DNA of 64,000 nucleotides from Felis catus (lineage: Eukaryota). The stretch spans positions 215,266,001 to 215,330,000 of the forward strand of contig NC_058368.1 in assembly GCF_018350175.1 (NCBI RefSeq), read 5' to 3'. The position numbers were made by a program, and so were the translations under genes. How positions within the stretch are numbered: position 1 is the first letter of the stretch; every line of letters starts with the position of its first letter. The notes below the pieces were generated by a model. The model did not search any database, was not told where the DNA came from, and saw only the letters and a list, made by a program, of their open reading frames with translations. Shown piece by piece: positions 11,885 through 25,465 of this stretch.

Positions 11885-13280
11885 TCAAAGACTTTAGATT
11901 TTAGAGTAGTTTTAGGTTCACAGCAAAGTGAATAGGTAAGTATATATTTCCCATACACTCTTGCCCCTACACATGCATAGCTTCCCCCATTATCAATAAC
12001 CCCAACCAAAGTAGTACATTTGTTTTAATTGATGAATCTACATTGACAAATCATAATTACCCCAAATCTATAGTACACCTTACTCGGAGTTATACTTTAA
12101 TTGGATTTGGATGAATGTATAATTATATGTATCCATCATTATGGAATCATGTAGAGTACTTTCAGTGCCCTAAAAATCCTGTGCTCTGGCTATTTATCCC
12201 TCCCCACCAATCCCTGGCAACCACTGATCTTGTTATTGTCTCCAGAATGTCTTCCGGAATGTCACATAGTTGGAATCATACAGTATATAGCTTTTCAGAT
12301 TGGCTTTGTTCACTTAATAATATACTTGATAAGCTTGATAGCTTATTTTTTCAGTGCTGAATAATATTCCATTGTCTGGATGTACCTCAGTTTATTTCCC
12401 CATTCTCTTGCCAAACGGCATCTTGGTTGCTTCCATGTTTTGGCAACATGCTCCCATGTTAATATCAATATGCAGGTTTTTGTATGGACATAAGTTTTCA
12501 TTTCCTTTGAATAAATACCAAGAAACACAAATTGTTGGATTATGTGGTAAAAGCATGTTTAGTTTTGTAAGAAACTGCCAACCTATCTTCCAAAGTGGCT
12601 GTACCATCCTGCATACTGACCAGCAATAAAGATTCCTATTGCTTCACATCCTCGTCAACATTTGCTATTGTTGGTGTTTCAGATTTAGGCCATTCTAATA
12701 GGTGTATAGTGTTATCTCATTATTTTAATTTGCATTTTACTGATGACATATGATGTAGAAATCTTTTCATATGCTTATTTCCTATGTGTATATCTTCTTT
12801 GAAGAGATATCTGTTAAGGTCTTCAGCCTGTTTTTTAATCATGTTTTTTTTTTCTCTTGTTGATATTTAATTTTTCTTTTTATATTTTGGATAACAGTCT
12901 TATCAAATAGGTCTAATGCAAATATTGTCTCCCAATCTGTGGCTTGTCTTCTAATTCTCTTGATATTATTTTTCATAGGTCAGAAATTTGTAATTTTAAT
13001 GAAGTCCTACTTATCATTTATTCCTTGTGTGGATTGAGCCTTTCTTATTTTATCTAAGAAGTTATTGCCATTCCCAAGATTGCTTAAGTTATCTTCTGTG
13101 TTATCTTCCAGGAGTTTTATAGTTTTGTATTTTACATTTAGGTCTATGATCCTTTTCGAGTTAATTTTTGTGTAAGATGTAAGGTCTGTCTCATGGTTGT
13201 TTTTTGTTTGTTTGTTTGGCATGTAGATGCCCAGTCGTTGCAGCATTATTTGTTGGAGAGACTATGTTGCTCCACTGTGA
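11885..13280 (-). mobile_element. L1MC-like 3' portion (ORF2 C-terminus and 3' UTR), decayed
   Basis: ORF-track peptides MVQPLWKIGWQFLTKLN, LGIYSKEMKTYVHTKTC...KTWKQPRC...MEYYSALKK and YTKINSKRIIDLNVKYKTIKLLE are L1 ORF2 C-terminal motifs. 3' UTR motif agttttaggttcacagcaaa. Confidence 0.95.
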
Positions 13281-14099
13281 GTCTTATTATTTTTCAGATA
13301 GAATTATATGTTTTTCTAGAGTAAGAAACATAAGCAGCTAAACTATCAAACAATAGTAAAAAGCTTATAAGTTGAAATACTTTTATCCAACAAATTTTAA
13401 TTTTTTAATTCTTTCCAGAGGAGACTATTTCAGTATTTTTAGTTACATTCTGGTATTTGTCTCCATATATATAGATATTTATTTATACCCTGCTATTACT
13501 TGGTATTTTAATTTAAATGATCATTTCTTGACTTCTTATATGGTAATGAAAATTGTGCTCTCAAACCTCAGTTCTCTCTCAGCTGCTTCCCAGTATCCCT
13601 CCAACATAGTGATTTCATGATTTTTCAGATTAAATCATTATCAATATTTACATGATTATACCTATGAAAATATTTTTAAATTCTTATTCAAAATACTTCT
13701 GAGTTAGTTTTTCTTCTCATGAAATTTCTTCAAATTTTTCCTACATTTGAAAAGGTTCATGATTTATCCTTTATTTAGTTTTTAAAAATATGTATGGATA
13801 TATGTATGTATGTATGTATGCATTTATATACAGACACACCTTGTTACTTTTACAAATATTTCAAATAGTTATCAATGTATTTTCTAAAATTCCAAGTAAG
13901 CAAAATATATTACAAATATTTCCTGACAAACATTTCTCTCCTGTCTCTCTAGCCTCCTTTTCCGTTCTGGAATGTTATAGTCCACCCCACAGCAAGTGTC
14001 CTGGATTTTTTTTTTTTCCTTCTCTCCTACTTCAGATTTCAGATTTTCTAAATCCATTATTTCTCAGATTATTCTTGTTTTACCTGTGTTATCTAAGCT

Positions 14100-14850
14100 A
14101 ATTCTCTAACAGTATCCTGAGAATGATCAACAAAGTAAACATTTTGAACTCTTTCATATTGCACTTCCTTTTCCTTCAGAATTCTAAAGGCATTGCTTCA
14201 CTGTTTTTAAATATCTTCAGCATTCCTATTAAGCAATTCGAAGCTCTTTAGATTTCTATTTCTTGGTATGCAATTTTGTGCTCTCTGACACTTTTAAGAT
14301 TTTTTTCACTCTCACTTGTATTCTCATATTTTATTAGGATATGCTTTGATGAAGGTCATCCTTTCGTTATGCTGAGTACAAGACTGATCTTTTCATACTT
14401 GTGGAAAATCTTCTTCCATGGTTTACTTTTGCAATTCTTCATCTTAATTTTTGCTTTTATTAATTTCTTGTTCTCACATTGCTTCTCAGACGTTACATCT
14501 TCTGGGCATATCTTCTAATTTTCTGTCTTTTCTCTCATTTTCCATCTCTGTCATTTGTGGGAATTTTTAGAATCATTCAATTCTTCTGTGAAGTTGTTTT
14601 AGTTTGAAACAGCATATTTGAGTATGTAAGAAGTTTTTATTGCACACTTATTTTTTATTTCACATAAGTTATTATACTTGATTTTTAAATATATCTTCTC
14701 AGTGATCTTGAGATATAAATGTTTTTTCTTTTCCTTTTATTATTTTTATTATTTTGACACTTGTCCCTCCTACTGGAGTCTTTTCTCAAATATCTGGATA
14801 TCTTTGAATGTCCATTTATATTTAAGAATTTGTCCTTAAAAATCATAAAA
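14100..14850 (-). mobile_element. Very old L1/HAL1 ORF1-region fragment
   Basis: ttttccttcagaattctaaaggcattgcttcactgt motif and T-rich antisense composition. Confidence 0.5.
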
Positions 14851-14991
14851 AATCTCAATATATGTGTTGATGAATGAATGAAGGCTCATGAGAAGTGGGA
14901 CTGCTCAGGAGGAGGTATGTATACTGAATATTTTTAGATCTCCTTTACCTGTCTTCTTTTTGAAACATATTCTCCCTGATCCTTTGACTTC

Positions 14992-15071
14992 TTTCATTTC
15001 ATTTCATTTCATTTCATTTCATTTCATTTCATTTCATTTCATTTCATTTCATTTCATTTCATTTCATTTCA
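14992..15071. repeat. (TTTCA)16 pure pentanucleotide microsatellite
   Basis: Directly visible, 80 bp. Confidence 0.98.
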
Positions 15072-15149
15072 TTATCCTGGTTATTTTTCTGATCTTTCTT
15101 TAATGCTCCTACTAAATTTCCAGTTGAGTATCTTCTCCTATGAGTAGAA

Positions 15150-15400
15150 AATAATAAAAGGAGACAAGGTCAGAGGGTAGCAGGGCCCAATTATGTAGAG
15201 GTTTTAGGCCATTACTGGAAATCTGGCTTTTATTCTGGGTAAAACGGAGAGGATTGAAGGGTTGGGAGTGGAGGAGTGACATGATCTAATTTTTAGAGGA
15301 CGTAATGGCAAAATTGCTACACATAGGTTTGAGATAGGAGAGTGGGAGGTAAGAAGGGGGGAAACAAGTTAGTGGCTGTAAAGTAAACTTGGTAACAGTC
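15150..15400 (-). mobile_element. L2 fragment
   Basis: tggcttttattctgggtaaaacggagaggattgaagggtt...ggagtgacatgatctaattt, the hallmark antisense L2 motif. Confidence 0.75.
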
Positions 15401-15625
15401 CAATGTGTTTGTTTTAAATGTAAGAGGGACTAGCTGGAATCTAGATTTTGTGTTCATAGCTATTTGTTTAGCTGTGTACCTGTATTATGTTCTTTGCTAA
15501 AATTATACAAATGATGGATACTTTAGGTTTCCAAGAGGCATTGAGACCAGTTAGAAGGATTTTCTGCTGCTTTCTTATTGACTATTCAAAATAATATGAC
15601 ACCAGTTTAATTTTGTTTTCTTGCT

Positions 15626-15633
15626 CTTTCTTT

Positions 15634-15699
<66 letters not shown>

Positions 15700-15786
15700 T
15701 TCCTTCCTTCCTTCCTTCCTTCCTTCCTTCCTTCCTTCCTTCCTTCCTTCCTTCCTTTCTTCCTTTCTTTTCTTTTTCTTTCTTTT
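15626..15786. repeat. Compound (TTTC)n(TTCC)n microsatellite
   Basis: Directly visible. Confidence 0.95.
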
Positions 15787-15879
15787 ACATTAGTTTCAAT
15801 GTCCGTTATTGAAGAAATTTTTCAGGCATATCCTAAACTCCTGTAGAGAGTCTTTTGTCTGACTGAACAGCGCTTGGAG

Positions 15880-16465
15880 GTAACACTTTAGATGCTTCTG
15901 AGGCCTTACAAGATTTTATAGTTTATCTTTCAGCTTCATCTTTACCATGGTTTCCTGTGAGTGCCCTGGATATTGGGTTGGAAAATATTTATTAATTTTA
16001 GTATTTTTGCCATTGGAGAGACTTAAGAATCTTCAAAACCAGCAAGATCTAGCTTCTTTTCATATAATTTCTTCAGCTTATCACTTTTGTCTTATACAAT
16101 AGGCAGCAGGAAGAAACGAAGGTAGACTTTCATTCCTTTGCTAGATTACCTCATCCTTTAAGTCCATTTCCCACCTTCCGTATCACTATAGAAAATAAGA
16201 TTGCTGAAAGTTCTGCCACTTGGTGCCACTGATCTACTTTCCTATAGTTTCTGCCAAGATTTTTCTCATTTTCTTTTAAACCATCCCCAGTTCCTTATCA
16301 AAGCCCCAAATTCTGTGAATAGTTTGGTCAAGGCTAAAGCTTTCACTACTTCTTTCCTCAGAATACTTAATCTTTTTAAACTTCTGCCCCCTGCCATTTT
16401 GAAAGTCTTTCTCACAAGTAATGGTTTTGTTATGAGGGCCTTCCACTTGTGGTGCAAAATTTCTA
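15880..16465 (-). mobile_element. MaLR internal (MLT1-int) 5' portion
   Basis: Reverse complement starts aattttgcaccacaagtggaaggccctcataacaaaacc...gggggcagaagtttaaaaaga, resembling the MLT1-int leader. Adjacent to an LTR. Confidence 0.6.
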
Positions 16466-16484
16466 TATTAACTATGAACTAGCC

Positions 16485-16813
16485 ATGCAGTAGTCATCTA
16501 TCACTCCATAACAAATCACTCTCCAATTTAGCTTTTTAAAGCTATAAGCATTTACTATATAATATTCCCCATGGGTCATGAATCTGAGGACAGCTAGTTG
16601 CATGGTTCTGGTTCTAGGTCCCTTATGAAATTGCATTCAGGTGGTCAATCAGGCCTTAGAAAAGCTTCCAAGTTCGCTCATGTAGTTTTTGGCATGCTTC
16701 AGTTTCTCACTGGTTGTTGGCTGGAGACTTCAGTTTCTTGCCACATTAGTCCCTCCATAAGTTCCCTAAATGTATTCATAATATAACATCTGGCTTCCCC
16801 AAGAGTGATTGAT

Positions 16814-16863
<50 letters not shown>

Positions 16864-17031
16864 AAGCAGAAACTTAAGTCTCTTATCATCTAATCTCTGA
16901 AGTGATACGTGGCATACCATCACTTCTGCTTTAGCTAAATCATAGAGACCCACAGCCTTGGTAGAATGTGGGAGATGTGAGCGTCAGGACAAGGGGGTCA
17001 CTGGCAGCAATCTTTTAGATTACTGACCACG
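16485..17031 (-). mobile_element. MaLR LTR, MLT1F/G-like, with (GA)n at 16817-16860
   Basis: ataacaaatcactctccaatttag...cttcagtttcttgccacat...ctggcttccccaagagtga...ccatcacttctgc...gggtcactggcagcaatctttt. Confidence 0.8.
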
Positions 17032-17826
17032 CTGAGTAAAACTGAGTTCCTCTCAGATCATAAGCAGCAAACTTAGATCTTTTCTTGGTAAACAAGTGAC
17101 TACCTTAAAGTGGGAACTACAGTGTTTCTGACACTGAAATTTCTCTTATGGCAGAAGTGTCTGGCACTAAAGCATTCAATGAACTGCAGTAACTCATTTT
17201 ATGGGTCATTGGATTTAATGGACAGATCTTTTTTTTTCTTCATTAATGATAGTTCATTTTCAGAGCATTGCTATTTTTAAGAATAAAATGCATGGAAGCT
17301 ATTAAAAAAGCCAAGACATTTTAGAATTACAATTTCTGCCTCAGTTTTCACAAGAGTCAATCATAATGGGAACTGGCATCCAATATAAATATTAAATACA
17401 GGCTGATTTCCCTCCTGGTCATATGCATTTAGATGGTCCCTAGGGGTACACTTTAGACATCATGAAACATAGCTTTTTAAAAGCAGTTGCCATTTTTATC
17501 AGAACTGATTTTGTTTTCCAACAAAGTAAGCATTTTAAAAGAAAACTGCCAAAAATCATGCTATGTGCAGGTCTAGATATGAACCAAATATTTCCGTTTA
17601 AGAACATATTCAGTGTTATCAGGATATTTTAAACAAAAGACATATACTTCGTAATTAACATAACTAGACAAGTTGAAAGATACAATAACTGTTCATTTGG
17701 TTTTAATTAGGTTGGAATTATGTCTTGGTTTCAACAAATTCTTTCTTTAATTAGGACCCCAGGTCTCCCATTGAAAAAACAAACTATTGATATACTAAAA
17801 TCTTCACTGGATGAATCTCCTGGGCA

Positions 17827-17828
<2 letters not shown>

Positions 17829-17909
<81 letters not shown>

Positions 17910-17930
17910 CATATATATATCTATATATAT
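17829..17930. repeat. (CA)n followed by (TA)n microsatellite
   Basis: Directly visible. Confidence 0.95.
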
Positions 17931-17939
17931 TTCAATCTC

Positions 17940-18176
17940 AAAAGTTTAAATGCTGCATGATGCCATGTATGTAATAGTCTCAAAACGACAAAACTATAGA
18001 AATCAAGAACGGATCAATGGTCGCCAGGGACTAAGGCGGTGGGCAGAGTAGGTACTAAAAGGATAGTACTAGGGAATTCCTTTGTAATGATGGAAGGTTT
18101 TTGTATTTTGATTGTGGTGGTAGTTACATTAATCTATAAATGTGGCAAAATTGAATAGAACCACACACATGTACAT

Positions 18177-18208
<32 letters not shown>

Positions 18209-18420
18209 GCATGTGCATGTAAAAATTGGTGAATTCCAAATAAGACCTCTAGATTGTTCCAACTGACCAATAAACTTCCTAGTTTTGATATTGTACTTAC
18301 AGTAATGCAATATGTCATTGCGGTGGAAAGTTGAGTGAAGAGTACACAATACTGGTCTGGACTACGTTTCCCATTCTTGTAAGTGTATAAATATTGAGCT
18401 AAAAAGTTAAAAAATAAAAT
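17940..18420 (+). mobile_element. L1MC/L1MD-like 3' end
   Basis: gacaaaactatagaaatcaagaacggatcaatggtcgccaggga...ttgattgtggtggtagttaca...ttcctagttttgatattgtact, ending in an A-rich tail. Confidence 0.85.
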
Positions 18421-19213
18421 AAGTGAGTAAATTATTAAATGGATTGCAATCAGAATAGACGTGTTTAATTCCATATTTCACATTTTTTCATGGGAATATA
18501 TGGAGTCCGTACTTGTCAGAATTCAAGGAGAATTAAACTAACAATAAAATGATAATTTAAGTAAATCATAAATATATAATTTAACAAATAAATGTGAAAT
18601 ACTAAGAATTACACTTTGAGCTTGATATAAATGAGGGCACTGCATTTAATAGCATTAAGTTATTTATGACACTTTTATGTTACTTTAGTGAAATGATGAA
18701 AGTCTGTCCTTAAATTGCAAATTACATTAACGCCAAAATCTTATGTAAATGAATTAAAGGTATTATTCTCCAAGGTTATACAAATTTAATGTTACATTAT
18801 TTTTTTCTGTTATGACATCAAAACCAAAGATATCCAACCCTCCTATTAATGTTAAAAATTATTTAATAGTCACACATCACATTATAGAACAGTAAATTTA
18901 ACTATTTAAAAATGGAACTAGGAGAATGTGCCTAGAACAGGATAAATTCTTTTGTCCATGGACTTATTTATTTATTTTTTAAGTCAGCATGACTATATTT
19001 TTCTTGGCAATTATCCTAACATATAAATATTAAAAAAAAACTCTTGGTAATTCATTGACCTGGCATTTAAGATGGACATTATTGCATCCTTAATTTCTCT
19101 ACTGAGAGAATTTTTTCATAATTTAAGTTGAAATGTATATTTAACACCAATTATAAAATATTAGTGAAAATAGAAAAGCAATTTCTATTGAATAATGGTA
19201 CACATTTTCTTTT

Positions 19214-19447
19214 TTTAATTGAAAAAAATTTTAATGTTTATTTTTAAGAGAGTGAGAGAGAGACAGAGCACGAGCGGGGATGGGGGGGGGTCTCTCAGAG
19301 AGAGAGAGGGAGACACATAATCTGAAGTAGGCTCTAGGCTCTGAGCTGTCAGCACAGAGCCCGACTCAGAGCTCGAACCCACAGGCTGTGAGATCCTGAC
19401 CTGAGCTGGAGTCGGACGCTTAACCGACTGAGTCACCCAGGTGCCCC
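19214..19447 (-). mobile_element. CanSINE
   Basis: Antisense head ...cgactgagtcacccaggtgcccc; TSD atggtacacattttctttt at 19195-19213 and 19449-19467. Confidence 0.97.
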
Positions 19448-21414
19448 TATGGTACACATTTTCTTTTCCTTACTATTAACAGAAGTAAAATTAAATATTT
19501 TAAGTGTTTTTAATAAAATATTTACAGTTCTAATGTAAATTATGCTCCTTGATTTTTTTACTTCTATATTGAATATAGAAATTGTTTTTGTTAACTTCTG
19601 GAAAATGAAATAAGGTGTTAAACTGAGATGTAACATTTGTAAAGGAAGATACAGAATATTCTATCCATGTACATAAATAGAAACAACTGAGAAGCTACAA
19701 AAATTAGTAAATATTTATTATAGTTCAAATGAATCCTTAAAAAATGTGCCTCCAAGGAAAATAAAACAGAGGAAGTAAGGATGTAACATTTAAAAAATCT
19801 GTCCCTGAGATTTGTTAACATATCATGAACTAAAATGATTTTAGGGGTGTATAATTTGTATATCAATTGGCAGTGTGCTTCATAATGGAACAGAATAAAA
19901 GACTCAGAAATACATCCAATTTCACAATTTAAAAACAAATTAATGTATCCAAATGAATGAATCATAAATATTTGGGAGGGAGCTCATTATGAAATAAATT
20001 ATGTGCAGAAAATTCGCTATTGTTTGGAAGAGGAAATAACAAAGCAGAACCATATAGCTTAGCATTCATCAACAAATTCACAGATGAATTAAACATCTTT
20101 TTAAAAAAGAAAAGTATAGTTGCATATTTAATACTTCAGAGGGTTTCTGAGTCATATTATGCAAAAGTGACATTTGAAAGGTGTCAAGGAAAGCAACAGC
20201 CATAATCCTGTGCTTTTTGTGTGTTGAGATTCAGCAGACATGAACAGTTGGGAGGAGGGGGCTCTGGGTGTTTTACCTAAAACTCTTGCTTCATGTAGAG
20301 GAAGCTGTGATCATCACTAGCAGCATCTTGGGTTTTAGGCTCCTCCCTGACCCCTAGAAATCTAGCAAAGGCCTCTCCTTACCCTCAATCCTCCAGTACT
20401 TCCTTCCAACCATTTTATTTTCATTTAAGTCTGTGTAATTATTTTTTTTGTTGGTATATATAGATTGGTTTCTATTTTTCTGACTAAAATGGGCTGTTAC
20501 AATGACCATTATCGGGATGTGAGATTTAAACTGGGGTAGAGGAGTGCGTTCAACACTTGAAATAAAATGTTATTTTCAGGGAAATTGTAAAAATATAATT
20601 TTGTTCAACTCAAGGTCTAGATGATTACTTCATGAAACATGATTTACTCACTTGATTTTCATCAGTTTCTGGCATAAGTCTATTTGCTCAATAGTCTCTA
20701 ATTTAATTTTGGATATTACATACCTGAAAGTTTTCAGTCATACGACGGTCTAAGCAAATTACGAAGAAAGGCAATTCCACATGTGTGTTGAGTATGTCTC
20801 ACTATGAAAAACTTGGATTATCCTGTCAAAATTGGCCTACCAGATTTAATGTCCTCTTGAAACCTTAATAATACTTTCTCACAAAGCAAATCTGATAATA
20901 AAATACAGGGAAACAAACTAGCCTAGTGTTTTTCTTCCTGAAATATATTACCTAATGATTACAGAACTTCTATTGGTTACAAAATGAATGTTTATTTTTA
21001 GAGATAGTATGGATTTTGTAGAGGAATTTATTTTAGCTGCTAAGTTCTGAATGTCTTTAATCCTTAGAAATATTTTTCCATATTTTATTATAATACACAT
21101 TTTTTATTGATCATTTTTCATAATTGTTTTAAAATGATTGCATTAGATAATGCTATATTTTAGAATAACCACTGGGCAATGGCTCATAGTACTGTGATTT
21201 AGAGAATGTACTTTGGTTAAGTCCACCAAAGCCATGGACTAGTAAGCCAAATTTTCGTTGGCTTGAGATGTATCATTTATGATTACTTCTCAGTTATCCA
21301 TGTGGAGAAGCTTGTTTGTAATTATAAAGTACCCAAGCAGCCAACAAGATAATGTATTCTTTGGGACCAAAATAAATTAGTGTGAAAACTTAAGATGCCC
21401 ATAAAGACAAAGGA

Positions 21415-21466
21415 TTTTTTTATGTTTATTTATTTTGAGAGAGAGAGAGGGAGGGAGGGAGGGAGG

Positions 21467-21520
<54 letters not shown>

Positions 21521-21672
21521 ACACAGAAGGGGCAAAGAGAGAGGGAGAGACAGTCCCAAGCAGGCTCTGTGCTGTAAGTGCAGAGCCTGACTCAGGGCTT
21601 GAACTCATGAACTGTAAGATCATGACCTAAGCTGAAGTCAGACTTTTAAACGACTGAGCCACACAGGTGTCC
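21415..21672 (-). mobile_element. CanSINE with expanded (GA)n/(GGGA)n tract
   Basis: Antisense SINE body and head ...cgactgagccacacaggtgtcc. Confidence 0.95.
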
Positions 21673-22278
21673 ACCCCCTTTAAAGATAAACTTAATACAA
21701 GAATGCTTGCTTCTCCTGAAATTTGTAAGAATGAATTCATTCCGCCCACAAACTTCTCTTCCCATATTATCCTAAGTAAGATCTAGTGCTGAAACTAACT
21801 AAACAGAGCCCCAATGTATACATCTTTTCCCAAAGCACTTACATTGTAAGATAATTAGGAATATGCTCAGAAAACAATCTGAGGATTGTGCATAATTAAA
21901 ACCATAATTTTGCAAGCATTTCTGCCATTTTGGTTAGAAGAAATGTTTGTAGTGATTATAAACCAGGATTTGCAGCTTCTGTAATACGGAGGTAGAGAGA
22001 AAATTGGGAGCAGCCTTCAAAGTATGGTGCCTTTCATTTGTGTATTTGAAGATACACCAATGGAAAAACAACTACAATCTGGCACCTACAAAATATCAAA
22101 TTCTTAGGTAGATTAACTGAGATTCGTGCTCACAACATTCCCATGGGGAATTTGTTTCCCAAATTTACATGTGAGAAAATTGAGCCTGGATAGTATGGTA
22201 GAGATGAATAGCCATTTGCTCAGATGTATGTTTTGTTTGTTTGCCTTGTTTTGTTTGATTTTCTTACCTTTTTTCTAG

Positions 22279-22665
22279 TGTTAAGAAACAAAATTAAACC
22301 AGATATATTTGAAGATCTCATTGGCTGTATTAAACAATTTATAAATTGGGCAGCATCCCAGCTAGCAAGGGATGGGGGGCTCAGTTGAGCTGCAGAAAAG
22401 GAAAGGTTTTTAAAAGCAGACAGGGAGAAGAAAAAAGAAAATTATTAGCAAGCAATGCATTATTTTAGGCAAGGTTGCTCTCCTAAGATAAATAAGATGG
22501 TATGGATTACTCCCAGTGCTGATCAGGAAATTCCATTTTGTCGGTTAAAGGTTACATTTCTGGGAGGGTTGAAACTGCAGTTAGGTTAGGTATTAAATCT
22601 TGGTTTGCTGATGTGGGACCTTAATATCAGTGACTCCATTTTGGCCTATGGTTTTCTTTTTTAAT
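22279..22665 (-). mobile_element. ERV-type solo LTR (carnivore, subfamily uncertain)
   Basis: Starts tgttaagaaacaaaatt; antisense TATA-like ttttaaaagc and gactccattttgg near the far end. Architecture of a reverse LTR. Confidence 0.6.
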
Positions 22666-22948
22666 GCTAGTTCTTATAAAATTCATTGTGTCCACATGAC
22701 TAAATTAGATCAATGGAATTTGTATATTGGTGTAGAGGTGACCTGTTCCATTTCCAGTCCTGGTTCATGTAAGTATCCCACAACCTTTTGCCATGATTTT
22801 TTTTTTTCTTGTGGCTGGGTTGGGAATAACTTCTAAGGAAACCAAGGAAAACATATTGTGGAAATGAGGGTGTGTTGGTCAGCCTGGCTACATGGAGGAG
22901 GCTTACTTGCCTACATGTCCACTCATTTATCACAACCCTACCATGCTT

Positions 22949-23217
22949 GGGGCACCTGAGTGGCTCAGTGGGTTAAGCATCTGACTCTTGATTTCGACTT
23001 AGGTCATGATCTCATGGTTCGTGAGATAGAGCCCCATGTCGGGCTCCATGCTGACAGCAAGGAGCCTGGTTGGGATTCTCTCTCCCTTACTCTCTGCCCC
23101 TCCCCTGTTTGCATTCTCTCTCTATCTTTCTCTCTGCCCCTCCTCTGCTTGCATTCTCTCTCCCTCTCTCTCTCTCTCTCTCTCAAAATAAATAAATAAA
23201 TAAACATAAAAAAAAAA
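22949..23217 (+). mobile_element. CanSINE with internal 40-bp duplication
   Basis: Head ggggcacctgagtggctcagtgggttaag; imperfect TSD aaccctaccatgcttg / aaccctctaccctgcttg. Confidence 0.96.
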
Positions 23218-25145
23218 CCCTCTACCCTGCTTGAGCCATACATTTTGTATGCAGTTAGTCCTCTCCAACTAATTAAGTTAGTTAAATTGCCTGAATTCTC
23301 AAACTTGGTAAACGGAAGAAAGAATTCTTGAATTCAAGTCATAAGATTTAAAATCCCAATGTATCTACCACAAAGTCTGTTCTGTGTGTGTAAGTGTATG
23401 TGATGACAGATAAGCATGGGTACAGTAGGATCCTTGTGACTGATCATTTACAAGGTACATAGGTGTTTCTGAAGAAATTGACATATAACCAGCAGGACTT
23501 TGTAATGTGCACACATATTTTAAAAGTTGTTCTTTCATTTGCTGAAACTGTTATGTGTCACTGTTTAACTTTTAGAACTATTTGGCTTTGTAAAAATTAA
23601 AGATAATATTACTGTGGCTGTAAGCATTACATACCAAGAGTCTCTGTCCTTATCCTGTCTTTTACTTGGGAAATCATCCATGATTCCATTTTGTTTTGTT
23701 AGAATCATTGGGTGTCAGTCTTCTGAGGGCAGGCGTTTGGTTGCTGTAAGTTATCAAGCAAGGATTAACAAACTTGACTAGACAGCTACTGGTAGTGTTT
23801 CTTTGTGCAACGACTCTACATAACTTGCATCAGATGTATCTTTTATTTGAATGGATCACTGTTGAGTAGGAGATAATACCATCTATGATTTGTGTAGTAT
23901 GGAATAAGTAGAGAATTATCCTAAATGGAATGAATTAGTAGATTCTCTATCATTAATACAAAAACAAAAGGGAAACAGTAGTCCTCTTGCCCCTGTTCCT
24001 CAATGATTTCATCCATCAGGGTGATTGTCTCCACACCCGCAGATCATCAATCCATTCCTTTTCCTAGGGACTTTTTTTCCCCTAACACAGACTCCTTCTA
24101 TCAACCCTAAGTACAACTCAGGGGGAGTGATTGTATTTAAATACAAGTCTGATCAAATGTTCAATAACTTCTTTTCAAAGGCCTTTCATTGCCACTTCAT
24201 TCTAAGGTTATTAGGAGAAAGTCTAACTTTCTATATTCATAACTGCTAATTCTAAACTTTTAGGAGAACAAATCCTGACCTATTTTAGATCCTACATAAT
24301 TAATTTTTGAATAAATCTTGAATTTATTCAATTTTTAAATAATTAAATTTGAATAAAAAATGAAATCATGTTTGATAATTGTGGCTTGGGAAGGTTGGGT
24401 AGTGGGGAAGTCATGAGCCATGCATTAAAATTTTCTATGAATGGATGTTGGTGGGATAAAGGACTCCAGAACCCCCAAAAGAATAGTAGAAAAATGTTTT
24501 TAAAGTGACAGTGAGCAGTGAAGGTAATAACTTTACATCTAGATTTCAGACAGCCAGGTTTCAATCAAGGCCAGAAAGTTTAGGGAATATTCGATTATAA
24601 GATATAGATAATTAAAAGGTTTCTGTTTTGTTTTTGATTTCCTTTAGTGGGTCATGCCTTTCATGTTCCATATTCTCCATACATTAATGGTATGTATATA
24701 TAACATCTCCTTTGATGTTATGATAGGCTTCAAAAATACTACAGTATGACTCAGCACTCTCCCCTTACCCCCCAGTCTCCTCCTCTCCAGTGTTCATTTC
24801 CATTAATGTCATTACTTAACATTTCCCAGTTATTTAGCTCAATAGCCCGAGTCATCCCAGAATTTTCTCATTCCCATTAGGATTTTAACTCCTCAGTATT
24901 TCTTCAGTTGTGTTCCTGTTTCCATCCATGGTATCTATGCTTTTATTCAGATTATCATTTCTCTTGGGTATTGCAATCATTTTCCACATATTTCCTGACT
25001 TTACAGGAGACTCTGGCAGAGAATTTGTAGCAAAGGCTTTGTGTCAGGGCAAAATACACTTGGATATGCATTCTGCCCATGCTAATGACCTTGGACAGGT
25101 TGATTGCCTACATTTTTCTTATTTGTAAATCACTACAAATGTAGT

Positions 25146-25465
25146 GATGGGGTTCAGGAAGGCCACCCTTGAGTGTGTCACTTTGGCTTGTGGATTATTT
25201 CAAGCTGAAAACAGTCAAGGCCGAAGAGCCTCAAGAAGAGCTTTTTCCTCCCCCTTAATTGCCTATAAGAACTTAGATAGGGAGTCTGTACCAGGAAAAG
25301 AGCTATTACCAAAGATAACTTTTTTGTTTGTTTTTTTTAAATCAGAAAGACTTCTCTACTTGGCATGGCAAGGCACTCATTTATTTAAGAAGCATTTGTT
25401 CTTTCCATCTTCCTGTTAATTGTCCTCCTGCCCTTTAAAGTCCCAGACCCCTACCCCCTTATCCA
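25146..25465 (+). mobile_element. ERV1-type LTR 5' part (MER34/MER39-like)
   Basis: tgatggggttcaggaaggccacccttgagtgtgtcactttggcttgtggattattttcaagctgaa matches the start pattern of this LTR group. Confidence 0.6.

Noticed and set aside
20718..20825. Minus-strand exon ending at a strong cag|gtatgt donor
   Set aside because: Several competing acceptors, and the longer options are closed in all frames. No independent support.
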